Below, piece after piece: positions 1 through 11,327 of a DNA stretch of 64,000 bases. Source of the DNA: Macrostomum lignano (Eukaryota); assembly GCA_002269645.1 (NCBI GenBank), contig NIVC01000504.1, forward strand, positions 186,001 through 250,000, written 5' to 3'. A program made the translations under genes and the position numbers. The notes under the pieces are model-generated. The model was not told the origin of the DNA. It was given only the letters and a program-made list of their open reading frames with translations, and did no database searches. How positions within the stretch are numbered: position 1 is the first letter of the stretch; each line of letters opens with the position of its first letter.

Positions 1-760
1 CGCCAAGCTGACATGGCCAATTGCCAGTTGGCTTGAGGCACTAAATCGATGAGGCGGTCCAGCGATTCTGACTGAAAAATGTCAATGAGAGAGAGAGACA
101 GCAGTGAGACACTAGAGTTATGTGATCGCAAATAGTTCCATTTTCTTTTTTTACATCTGCCCCATTTGAAGGCTGCGTACGGCTGTTCAGTCCAAGGACT
201 GGGGGGTCGCCACACACACCGTCAATTACCCCAGCTAATGCTGGCACCCATTTTACAGCTGGGTGAACTGAAGCAATGCAGAGTCAAGTGTCTTGCTCAA
301 GGACACAAATTGTTCCAGTGGGACCGGGAATCGAACCCCCCCCCCCACCTTCAAGACATGATTGCGACGCTCTAACCACTAGGCTGCAACACCTAGGTCC
401 CAATGCGCAGTCAACAGGTGACCAAATAGAAACTGGTCACTTATTAACTCGGTCGCATAGCATTACCTTGTCTATCGTTTGTCCTTCATCATTAACCAAG
501 TCGAACGGGCAACATTCGTAAAACACTAGAAAATGATTGGCTGGCATGCGCAGATTGAGAACACTTCGAATCAGCTGATTTTGACTGTCGCCATCAGCTA
601 ACGGAGCGGCAATGTTGCACACTAGGCGACCGCGACTTGCTTCAACTGATCGAACGTCAAAGCTAGCTAAGCTCTCTAGCGCTTCATCGCGAGCCAGGTC
701 TTCCAAACCGGGCGGACAGGTGCACCAGAAGGTGAGACTGTCCGCAGCGGTAGACGACAT
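1..760 (-). CDS. THUMP-domain tRNA m2G methyltransferase (THUMPD3/THUMPD2-like), 5' part. Exon 1 is 760-467; exon 2 is 71-1 and runs off the window
   Basis: MSSTAADSLTFWCTCPPGLEDLARDEA...SRGRLV...LNLRMPANHFLVF resembles the THUMPD2/3 N-terminus. Donor AAG|GTAATG at 467/466. Acceptor ttttcag| at 72/71 continues in frame as SESLDRLIDLVPQANWQLAMSAW. Acceptor ttttaactttccag lies 6 nt before the ATG. Confidence 0.7.
195..390 (-). mobile_element. tRNA-derived CORE-type SINE in the THUMPD intron
   Basis: Minus strand shows an A box (tagtggttagagc), a B box (ggttcgattcc) and a MIR/CORE-like tgtgtccttgagcaagacact...cagctgtaaaatggg segment. A second copy lies at about 10058-10245. Confidence 0.8.
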
Positions 761-1185
761 CGATGGCTGGAAAGTTAAAACAAACATGTACTTAAAAAGT
801 TGTTAGAGCTTTTACATACCATGCAAATATTGCAACATACTAATGAGAGATCAAGGAGGGTGACAGGTCAATGGGTCATTGACAGATTGCAATCGATTAG
901 CAGACTAACCCGATCAAAACGGTACCTCTAGGCTAAGATGCGTCACAGTCACTTGCGTCGCCACAGGGGATCGTTTCAGAGTCGTTTTAGGTAACACTAC
1001 ACAGGCAAATTAGTGACTAACGAACTCTAAAAACACGAGATTTCGTGGTAAAAGACGCCAAAAGACGTCAAAGTGTTTAATTGTCTGCGACTCTAAAAAC
1101 GACTCTGGGGGCGACGGTATAACGACTCTGGGGCCGTAGAGTCGTATTTGAGACGTGCCTCTTTTACGATTCTACAACTCAAGTG

Positions 1186-3814
1186 CAGGGTGTCCGCGCG
1201 AAATTCAATATTAATTTCCAGGTTTTTCCAGGTTTTTCCAGGTTCAAATAAGTAAAGCTCCAGGTTGCTACCTGGTGAAGCTTTATAAAATGAAACGTAA
1301 AAAATGAAATGGAAAGTAAAAAATGGGTAAAATATACAGTCTATTGTCAATGAGCCGTCCATTAAAACTACAAGACTAACATTGAACGAAACTGAAACTC
1401 GCAAAATAGAACATAAAATGGGACATTTATGGAAGTGAAAATAAAGCAAAATATGCATGACAGTAAACGTTCCGCCAATGTTCAGCAAATAATTATGAGC
1501 TTTTTAAGTACTTGTAACTAACTGTCGTCAGTTACCAAATGTACTTAGGCGAGCCTTTTGCGCAACTCCTCGACACGAGCAAGCGCCTCTGTCTCTTCAG
1601 CCAACAGAGCACGTCGCTTAGCTTCGAGCTCCTGTTCGATTCGGAAAATCTCGTCAGTCGCTTTTCTCTTCTGGGATACGGTGACCGCTGTGTTCGATTT
1701 CTCCTCGTCTCGTTTTTCCTCCAAGGCATCACGGTAACGCTGCCTGGCCATTCTGACACTAGATAGGAGATTTTTGGAGAGTAAGATGTTCTTGCGGCCA
1801 CCAGCTACTGTTATAGCATCCTGGACTTGGCGCAGGGACACCAAAGAATCCTGCAGGAGGTTAGGCACCAGCAAGTCCTTGTTCACAGAAAATCCACTTT
1901 CAACAGTGGCATTGCCATGCGACATTATCAAGACCATGCTTATCGGCTTCCAGAGCGCATCTCTGGCTGCTAGCTGCAAGCCGTGAAGCACACTTGCAGT
2001 GGCTTCTGCACCAGCAAGCAGGTTCCAGTAGAGCGTGTCTACTCGCTCACTCGCGGCATTAAATGCGGCCATTGTTCTCTGAACCTCTGGACTCTCCACA
2101 AAAGTCCCAAAACTGCGTTGAGCAAGGTCGCACCCATCTGCAGATAGTCGATGACACTCCATGAGGTCCGTAAGTAGCATCCGAAAGCGCTGTTGGCTGA
2201 CTTCTGGAGAGCTGCAAATGAGTGTTGGCGAGAGAGAGCTAGCTCCGCGAACAATTGGATATCGAAGAGGCGACTTCTCTAGGAGTTTTTCAATCAATTT
2301 GCAGTAGAACTGCTTGCATTCCGAAAGGAATTTCAGTTTGTCCTGCTCTGAAATCGTCTTCTCAGCAAGAGCGACACCCAATTCTTTTCGTGCGGCGAAT
2401 CCAATGTCAATTAACTTTGCTGGCAAAGCAGCCTTATCCAGTTCCAAATTCGCCAGATCCGACACGGAAGCCTTGGTGACAATCTGTTGCGTAAAATAAT
2501 AAGACAATATATATACTATGGAACTACAGTTGAAGTCAGTCGGCTGCATTGAATTACCTACTTACCTCAGGCTTCAAAAAAAGGCGACCAACAGTAAGAA
2601 CGATGACGCTCAGCTTCTCATAGAGAAAGACAAACATCGGCTTCTTTGTCTGAAATTCGAGTAAGAATGGCTCAAGAAGCAGCGAAACACTGCGGAAGAA
2701 CTGAAGCTTAGCTGAAAGAAGCGGATCCTTGCACGCATCGCGAATCTCGCAATCAGTTGACTTCCTTCGCCTTTGACCTTAAATTTAAAGCGCAACGTTT
2801 TGACAGCTCCGATTCTGTTTAAACATACATATGTTTTGGCTACTGTGGATAATTAAGATATACAAAAAATGTTTTTCTCACCGCTGCTTTCCGGAGCCAC
2901 ATCTTAAGGTTAGGCAGAATGGCAATTGCTCGTGAAGCCACAGGAGAATTCTCTAGCCAGCGGACAAGGCAAAACTTCAGTGGAAATTGGGTGTCGTTAG
3001 CTTTCGTGAGAGAAATGTACTCGGCTCGACGTGCTGGACAGTCCTTAAGAAGCCGGTATAAGCTCCGCAAAAATCTGTTGAGCTCCCATGAAGTTGCAGC
3101 ATGGCCGCACTGAAAAGCTCGGCTGACGGTATGCAAGCCGCATGTCCCAGCTTCAACAGGAACCGGGCTTTCAGGAATAGCAGAAATTTTGCCTTTCAGC
3201 AGTCGTAGAGTCTTTAAATTTACATTTGGACCGTCCATTGATACTTGTAGTACGGATGAAAGTGGCAGGTTTTTTAAGACGGACTCGAGTGCTTCAAGCA
3301 GGTTTTCCGCCTTGGTCGAGCCTAAAAAAGCAGATCCAAGATACTGGGATTGAACCTGATGGCGTTTGTTATCCCAGAATCGAACATGAACGTCCATCTG
3401 ACTCTTTTGTGTAATCTTGTTTAGAGCCTCATCATAGCAAACTACGATGTCGGTACAGGCAGCCAGGTTCTTAAAAGTATAGAATAAAAGACTTTGCTAT
3501 AAATATACAATTTAATAAGAATATAACTATACAGGAGAGGTTGTATTTGTAACATACTATGACATGGTAGCAGCATTTTTTAACAACAAAGTTTCTATCA
3601 CATCATATAGCATAATGGCATGCATTACTAAATTATAGTCTATTTCCACTTTCACATTACACAGATCATAGGAAGAATGATAAATTCCAGGTTTCCCCTC
3701 CCACATTGGTGTATTTCCAGGTTTTTTCTTCTGTTTTGGGGCGTTTCCAGGTTTTTCCAGGTTTTTTTTGCATTTCCAGGTTTTTCCAGGTTTTTCCAGG
3801 TCGCGGACACCCTG
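1186..3814 (-). mobile_element. hAT-like DNA transposon, 2629 bp, internally deleted
   Basis: 13-bp TIRs CAGGGTGTCCGCG (1186) and CGCGGACACCCTG (ending 3814). Flanking direct repeat CAAGTG at 1180-1185 and 3815-3820. TTCCAGGTTT subterminal repeats. Spliced transposase inside. Confidence 0.85.
1545..3469 (-). pseudogene. hAT-like DDE transposase in 3 exons (about 3469-2881, about 2817-2568, 2483-1545), lacking the N-terminal DNA-binding part
   Basis: Motifs in order: VVCYDEALN (D), SMDGPNVN (D), CGLH (CxxH), RWLEN, DPLLSAKLQFF...EPFL, SHGNATVESGFS (E). Canonical GT-AG introns join the ORF pieces. There is no room upstream in the element for N-terminal exons. Confidence 0.75.
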
Positions 3815-4569
3815 CAAGTGACACGACTGTGACGCAACAGTCGCCTCTCCGTCTCACTACAGTTGTTTGACTCGTTAAAAACTTACAAGAGTCGCAAGAG
3901 TCCCTAGAAAGTTGATTGCAACGACTTTTTTAGCGATTCTTATCACGGTAAAGTTTTCAACAAGTAAACGCGCGCTTTGCGCCGTCACAAAGATGAAAAA
4001 TAAAGCAATCTGGAACATATACTGGTATATCATACGCATACATTTAACTGCAGGTTGTAGCGTCTATATATTTTACTAATAATATAAAAATACGTTACTA
4101 ACACGCATTTAATCAAAGTAATGAATTAACATTTCTCAAAGATATCATTATAGATTAACGCAATAGAAGCAACGGATGACACATGAATGACACCGATAAT
4201 TAATAACCACCTGGCCATGATTGTATAAAAGTTTATGACCAGCATATATTACTGTAGTTTTGAAAATTTTTCACTCTTTCAGCAACAAAACAACTTCACA
4301 CAAGCTGTTCATTATAATTATTAGTTGCCTTAAAATACTCGAAACGGAAGGAACATAGCAAACAATGGCATTGCTTTTGTCCATCAAAGTTTTCATTTGC
4401 ATGATGTCTATGTCTCAATCCCGAATTTAATATTCGACATTACACGCTTTTTTAGCTAGAGGCGGGGGCTACGTGCACCCTGGCGCACGCACTTTAAGCG
4501 ACATTGTTCAAAATTTCTATGGTAATTTACGTTACTCGTAAGGCTGTCGCCGCTCGTGTCTATGTATGG

Positions 4570-4890
4570 CCATTACCATGAATTCTCACTTCCAGACAAA
4601 CCCCCTTGTCACACAACCGGCGAGAGGGATATTAGTGCTCATTCTGCCGAGTCCCCTGAGCAGGCACACAGGCGCGCGGATACGTACGCAGTCATACGCA
4701 CAGGCACACACTCACTTCATTGTTAGGCATGTACACTTCACTGTGCCTTGTGGGTTGGCCCTCAAGAACGTTAATTGCACGAGCAGAGCCAAGCCGAGAT
4801 TTCAATTGAGCCCCAAATTAATGTGACTGCACTTGGAATCGAGCCTAGGCCACTGGGAGCGCCGCGCTTGACCACTGGGCTACGGGCCTA
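4570..4890 (-). mobile_element. tRNA-headed SINE of a second family
   Basis: Minus strand begins ggcccgtagcccagtggtcaagcgcggcgc...ggctcgattcc (A and B boxes), followed by a non-tRNA body. The 3' end is uncertain. Confidence 0.5.
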
Positions 4891-5111
4891 CGGCTGGTCT
4901 ATAACTAATAGGTTTGAGCCATAGATTAGGTCTAAAAAACAAAAAAAAACGATTTATTAGTATTATACTTAGCTAGTAAACAAAAATTCGACACCTGAAT
5001 TAATACAGCCATATTTTAGAATAACATCAACAGAACAGTCTGCAAAGCTAGTCCCATATAGACTAGTAGTAGAGGGTAAACAATTTTAACTGCCAAGTTC
5101 ACGCGCGAATC

Positions 5112-5570
5112 TTAAATTCCAGATTCAACGCCACTCAAACCCGAGCCGTCTCCGGCGTGACAGTGATCGTACACGATAATCCACAGCACCAGGAATGAAG
5201 CAAACGAAGTCATCAAGCCTTCCTTGAGTATTTCTCCCATTCCGCCATACTCTTCCTCGTCAACGCCTTGGAATAAGCAGGTGTAGGCGTACACAGCGGC
5301 GCAGTTGATCAAGAAGAACAGGCCCAATCCTACGATACCTTTCAATGGTAGCAGACCCCAGACAAGGCCTAGCACAGCTGACAGCAACTGTCTCTGCCAA
5401 TAGACCACATCTAACAGCTCGTCCTTGCTACTCCAATCGGCTTTGGGACGGAGGGAGCGAGCAAAGGTCTCCGATAAGCTGGGCTTCTTAGCGGCAGAGT
5501 CTGGACTGGTGGTGCCAGAGTCGTTAAAAGACGCGTTGGCGCCTCCGCCTCGGTGTCTGGTTGATGCCAT
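5112..5570 (-). CDS. RAB5IF: RAB5-interacting factor / C20orf24 / OPTI (GEL complex subunit, EMC6-related), single exon, 152 aa
   Basis: Family signature WSSKDELLDVVYWQRQLLSAVLGLVWGLLPLKG...VDEEEYGGMGEILKEGLMTSFASFLVLWIIVY. Acceptor ttacaaattgcag lies 20 nt before the ATG. Confidence 0.92.
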   Translation of the reverse strand: MASTRHRGGGANASFNDSGTTSPDSAAKKPSLSETFARSLRPKADWSSKDELLDVVYWQRQLLSAVLGLVWGLLPLKGIVGLGLFFLINCAAVYAYTCLFQGVDEEEYGGMGEILKEGLMTSFASFLVLWIIVYDHCHAGDGSGLSGVESGI

Positions 5571-5631
5571 GCTGCTGGTTCTGTTGCGAGCTGCAATTTG
5601 TAATAACGATATTTACAGTAGATAAGTGACT

Positions 5632-8600
5632 GTATGGGGTCACAGTCTACTGACCTCATGGGGTCACAGTCTACTGACCTCATGGGGTCACAGTCTACTG
5701 ACTTCATGGGGTCACAGTCTACTGACTTCATGGGGTCACAGTCTACTGACCTTATGGGGTCACAGTCTACTGACCTCATGGGGTCACAGTCTACTGACTT
5801 CATGGGGTAACAGTCTACTGACCTCATGGGGTCACAGTCTACTGACCTTATGGGGTCACAGTCTACTGACCTCATGGGGTCACAGTCTACTGACCTTATG
5901 GGGTCACAGTCTACTGACCTCATGGGGTCACAGTCTACTGACCTTATGGGGTCACAGTCTACTGACTTCATGGGGTCACAGTCTACTGACCTTATGGGGT
6001 CACAGTCTACTGACCTCATGGGGTCACAGTCTACTGACCTTATGGGGTCACAGTCTACTGACCTCATGGGGTCACAGTCTACTGACCTTATGGGGTCACA
6101 GTCTACTGACTTCATGGGGTCACAGTCTACTGACCTCATGGGGTCACAGTCTACTGACCTTATGGGGTCACAGTTTACTGACTTCATGGGGTCACAGTCT
6201 ACTGACCTCATGGGGTCACAGTCTACTGACCTTATGGGGTCACAGTCTACTGACTTCATGGGGTCACAGTCTACTGACCTCATGGGGTCACAGTCTACTG
6301 ACCTTATGGGGTCACAGTCTACTGAACTTATGGGGTCACAGTCTACTGACCTTATGGGGTCACAATCTACTGACCTTATGGGGTCACAGTTTACTGACTT
6401 CATGGGGTCACAGTCTACTGACCTCATGGGGTCACAATCTACTGACCTTGTGGCGTCACAGTCTACTGAACTTATGGGGTCACAGTCTACTGACCTCATG
6501 GGGTCACAGTCTACTGACCTTATGGGGTCACAGTCTACTGACATCATGGGGTCACAGTCTACTGACCTAATTATGGAGTCACAGTCTACTGACCTCATGG
6601 GGTCACAGTCTACTGACCTTATGGGGTCACAGTCTACTGACTTCATGGGGTCACAGTCTACTGACCTCATGGGGTCACAGTCTACTGACCTTATGGGGTC
6701 ACAGTCTACTGACTTCATGGGGTCACAGTCTACTGACCTCATGGGGTCACAGTCTACTGACCTTATGGGGTCACAGTCTACTGAACTTATGGGGTCACAG
6801 TCTACTGACCTCATGGGGTCACAATCTACTGACCTTATGGGGTCACAGTTTACTGACTTCATGGGGTCACAGTCTACTGACCTCATGGGGTCACAATCTA
6901 CTGACCTTGTGGGGTCACAGTCTACTGAACTTATGGGGTCACAGTCTACTGACCTCATGGGGTCACAGTCTACTGACCTTATGGGGTCAGTCTACTGACC
7001 TCATGGGGTCACAGTCTACTGACCTTATGGGGTCACAGTCTACTGACATTATGGGGTCACAGTCTACTGACCTCATGGGGTCACAGTCTACTGACTTCAT
7101 GGGGTCACAGTCTACTGACCTTATGGGGTCACAGTCTACTGACCTCATGGGGTCACAGTCTACTGACCTTATGGGGTCACAGTCTACTGACCTCATGGGG
7201 TCACAGTCTACTGACCTTATGGGGTCACAGTCTACTGACTTCATGGGGTCACAGTCTACTGACCTCATGGGGTCACAGTCTACTGACCTTATGGGGTCAC
7301 AGTTTACTGACTTCATGGGGTCACAGTCTACTGACCTTATGGAGTCACAGTCTACTGACCGTATGAGGTCACAGTTTACTGACCTCATGGGGTCACAATC
7401 TACTGACCTCATGGGGTCACAGTCTACTGACTTCATGGGGTCACAGTCTACTGACTTCATGGGGTAACAGTCTACTGACCTCATGGGGTCACAATCTACT
7501 GACCTTATGGGGTCACAGTTTACTGACTTCATGGGGTCACAGTCTACTGACCTCATGGGGTCACAATCTACTGACCTTGTGGCGTCACAGTCTACTGAAC
7601 TTATGGGGTCACAGTCTACTGACCTCATGGGGTCACAGTCTACTGACCTTATGGGGTCACAGTCTACTGACATCATGGGGTCACAGTCTACTGACCTAAT
7701 TATGGAGTCACAGTCTACTGACCTCATGGGGTCACAGTCTACTGACCTTATGGGGTCACAGTCTACTGACTTCATGGGGTCACAGTCTACTGACCTCATG
7801 GGGTCACAGTCTACTGACCTTATGGGGTCACAGTCTACTGACTTCATGGGGTCACAGTCTACTGACCTCATGGGGTCACAGTCTACTGACCTTATGGGGT
7901 CACAGTCTACTGACCTCATGGGGTCACAATCTACTGACCTTATGGGGTCACAGTTTACTGACTTCATGGGGTCACAGTCTACTGACCTCATGGGGTCACA
8001 ATCTACTGACCTTGTGGGGTCACAGTCTACTGAACTTATGGGGTCACAGTCTACTGACCTCATGGGGTCACAGTCTACTGACCTTATGGGGTCACAGTCT
8101 ACTGACCTCATGGGGTCACAGTCTACTGACCTTATGGGGTCACAGTCTACTGACATTATGGGGTCACAGTCTACTGACCTTATGGGGTCACAGTCTACTG
8201 ACCTTATGGAGTCACAGTCTACTGACCTCATGGGGTCACAATCTACTGACCTTATGGGGTCACAATCTACTGACCTTATGGGGTCACAGTTTACTGACTT
8301 CATGGGGTCACAGTCTACTGACCTCATGGGGTCACAATCTACTGACCTTGTGGCGTCACAGTCTACTGAACTTATGGGGTCACAGTCTACTGACCTCATG
8401 GGGTCACAGTCTACTGACCTTATGGGGTCACAGTCTACTGACATCATGGGGTCACAGTCTACTGACCTAATTATGGAGTCACAGTCTACTGACCTCATGG
8501 GGTCACAGTCTACTGACCTTATGGGGTCACAGTCTACTGACTTCATGGGGTCACAGTCTACTGACCTCATGGGGTCACAGTCTACTGACCTTATGGGGTC

Positions 8601-9370
8601 ACAGTCTACTGACTTCATGGGGTCACAGTCTACTGACCTCATGGGGTCACAGTCTACTGACCTTATGGGGTCACAGTCTACTGACCTCATGGGGTCACAA
8701 TCTACTGACCTTATGGGGTCACAGTTTACTGACTTCATGGGGTCACAGTCTACTGACCTCATGGAGTCACAATCTACTGACCTTGTGGGGTCACAGTGTA
8801 CTGAACTTATGGGGTCACAGTCTACTGACCTCATGGGGTCACAGTCTACTGACCTTATGGGGTCACAGTCTACTGACCTCATGGGGTCACAGTCTACTGA
8901 CCTTATGGGGTCACAGTCTACTGACATTATGGGGTCACAGTCTACTGACCTTATGGGGTCACAGTCTACTGACCTTATGGAGTCACAGTCTACTGACCAT
9001 GATGGAGTCACAGTCTACTGACCTTATGGAGTCACAGTCTACTGACCGTATGAGGTCACAGTTTACTGACCTCATGGGGTCACAATCTACTGACCTCATG
9101 GGGTCACAGTCTACTGACTTCATGGGGTCACAGTCTACTGACTTCATGGGGTAACAGTCTACTGACCTCATGGGGTCACAGTCTACTGACTTCATGGGGT
9201 CACAGTCTACTAACCTTATGGGGTCACAGTCTACTGACCTCATGGGGTCACAGTCTACTGACTTCATGGGGTCACAGTCTACTGACTTCATGGGGTCACA
9301 GTCTACTGACCTCATGGGGTCACAGTCTACTGACCTTATGGGGTCACAGTCTACTGAACTTATGGGGTCA
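5632..9370. repeat. 24-bp minisatellite (CATGGGGTCACAGTCTACTGACCT), about 155 units, with higher-order duplications
   Basis: Direct reading. It generates the SVDCDP, MGSQSTDL and WGHSLLT pseudo-ORFs. Confidence 0.97.
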
Positions 9371-10057
9371 AGCATGGCCTTGATGCATATGCAACTAAGT
9401 AATTTTATCATAAAACATTTGAACATCAATTATCTATGTTATCTATAACTATATTAAAAGTGCTAAACCACTAACTAATAGCTGTCTGATGTTTGCACTA
9501 AAATACCCAACAGCCACGAGGACCAACCACTAAGACAGGATCCAGTTCAAATCGGCGTCTAGCTAACCAAGCTAAACCCATCGATGAATAACATAGTATA
9601 TTCTTTCTGAGGCAAAGGATAATGTCGAATTGCACAACTAACATAAGCCAACTGTTGAAATAAAGAAGTTGAACTTTTGGCTTATCGCTTCGAAGCACAG
9701 GCGCAGTCATTAATTATATCACTCCTCCATTTCTTTCTTAGAGATTTCTTCTTAGCCTCTGTGGACTGTTCCAACCTTATCAGCAAATGAATGCCGCACA
9801 CACCACAGACCAACTGTTGCACCAATCTAAATTATGCACTGACCCATTCTTTCCACGTGACTTTATTTATCCTGCACTTAAAAAATACCTTAGCCTTAGC
9901 TACTGACACACTATAAGTCTATTGACTTTGAAAGGAATTATAAAGACAAGATACTTATGTTATGCAGTAATCTTATTCTTATTGTTATTTCTTTACATAA
10001 ATCAAAATCTTGACAGACAATATATAGGAAGTGTGTGCAAAAGTTTCTTTTCTAGAC

Positions 10058-10245
10058 GACTCTAGTGGTTACAGCTTCGGACTCACGACTTGAAGGTCAG
10101 AGGTTCGATTCTAGACTCACTCGGAACAATTTGTGTCCTTGAGCAAGACAATTAACTCTGCATTGCTTCAGTTCACCCAGCTGTAAAATGGGTGCCAGCA
10201 TTAGCTGGGGTAATTGAGGCTGTGTGTGGCGACCCCCCACCCAGC
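10058..10245 (+). mobile_element. tRNA-derived CORE-type SINE, second copy
   Basis: tagtggttacagc (A box), ggttcgattc (B box), then aatttgtgtccttgagcaagacaattaactctgcattgcttcagttcacccagctgtaaaatgggtgccagcattagctgggg, nearly identical to the copy at 195-390. Confidence 0.8.
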
Positions 10246-10789
10246 TTGAGCTGTCGGTTGTAAATCTGCTCATTAGGGCATGTGATCAATTATTAATGAC
10301 AGAAATATCCAAGATTCAGCTGATCTATTGAATGGTATTGAATACTGAACAAAAAACTTATAACAATATTGAACATGTAAGGAAACTTTTGCAACACACC
10401 TCATAGATGAACAGAAATCACTGAAAATTAAAGAAAAATTGTTATGGCGAAAGAACTAGCGCTAGAGAAAAAATAGTGTCATATTTGGCGTCAGTATTTT
10501 AATGGTAATGAATGCAATTGGGATATATTCATACTCGTAAAAATATACATACGAGCGTACAAAAATAGAACTTCTATAATAGTGTGCACAGAAATAATCA
10601 AATGTATAAAATTGGAAGAGTATTCTTCACAAACAGGCACCAGAGTGCATTTAAAGCTTGACATCATATTTATCATTTATATAATCAATATATAAATTAC
10701 GCGAAATTAAATTGTAAATTCGCAAAACGGCGAAAAATTCTTTTGTGAGAAAGACAACGCCAAAATTGAATCACTAAATAGGAAAAAAC

Positions 10790-11225
10790 TACTGACCTCA
10801 TGGGGTCACAGTCTACTGACCTGATTGCGCCTAAATGATCTCTGATAGTTAAACATGACCTATATGACCTCAGTTGGTCACACATGACCTATATGACCTC
10901 AGATGGTCACACATGACCTATATGACCTCAGATGGTCACACATGACCTATATGACCTCAGTTGGTCACACATGACCTATATGACCTCAGTTGGTCACACA
11001 TGACCTATATGACCTCAGTTGGTCACACATGACCTATATGACCTCAGTTGGTCACACATGACCTATATGACCTCAGTTGGTCACACATGACCTATATGAC
11101 CTCAGTTGGTCACACATAATCTACATGACTTCAGATGGTCACACATGATCTATATGACCTCAGTTGGTCACATATGACCTATATGACCTCAGATGGTCAC
11201 ACATGACCTATATGACCTGAAATGG
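10790..11225. repeat. 29-bp minisatellite (GGTCACACATGACCTATATGACCTCAGTT), about 12 units, preceded by an orphan copy of the 24-bp unit at about 10790-10823
   Basis: Direct reading. Confidence 0.93.
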
Positions 11226-11327
11226 CCACGCATTGCCTAAATGAGTTCAATTATCCGATAAATGAATCTATTGAGTATAAAATTTAAAAGGCAAACAGCA
11301 AAACTGGAATCTGTAAAACAAAACAAA

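Noticed and set aside
5411-9448. Long ORFs of up to 674 aa (SVDCDP, MGSQSTDL and WGHSLLT repeats)
   Set aside because: They are translations of a stop-free 24-bp tandem repeat, open on both strands, with no unique domain.
9498-9710. 70-aa minus-strand ORF as an extra ankyrin-gene exon or small gene
   Set aside because: No recognisable motif, and the nearby acceptor at about 9862 leads to early stops in all frames.
195-10245. tRNA genes at about 330-390, 4830-4890 and 10060-10110
   Set aside because: A and B boxes are present but there is no full cloverleaf, and they continue into SINE bodies.
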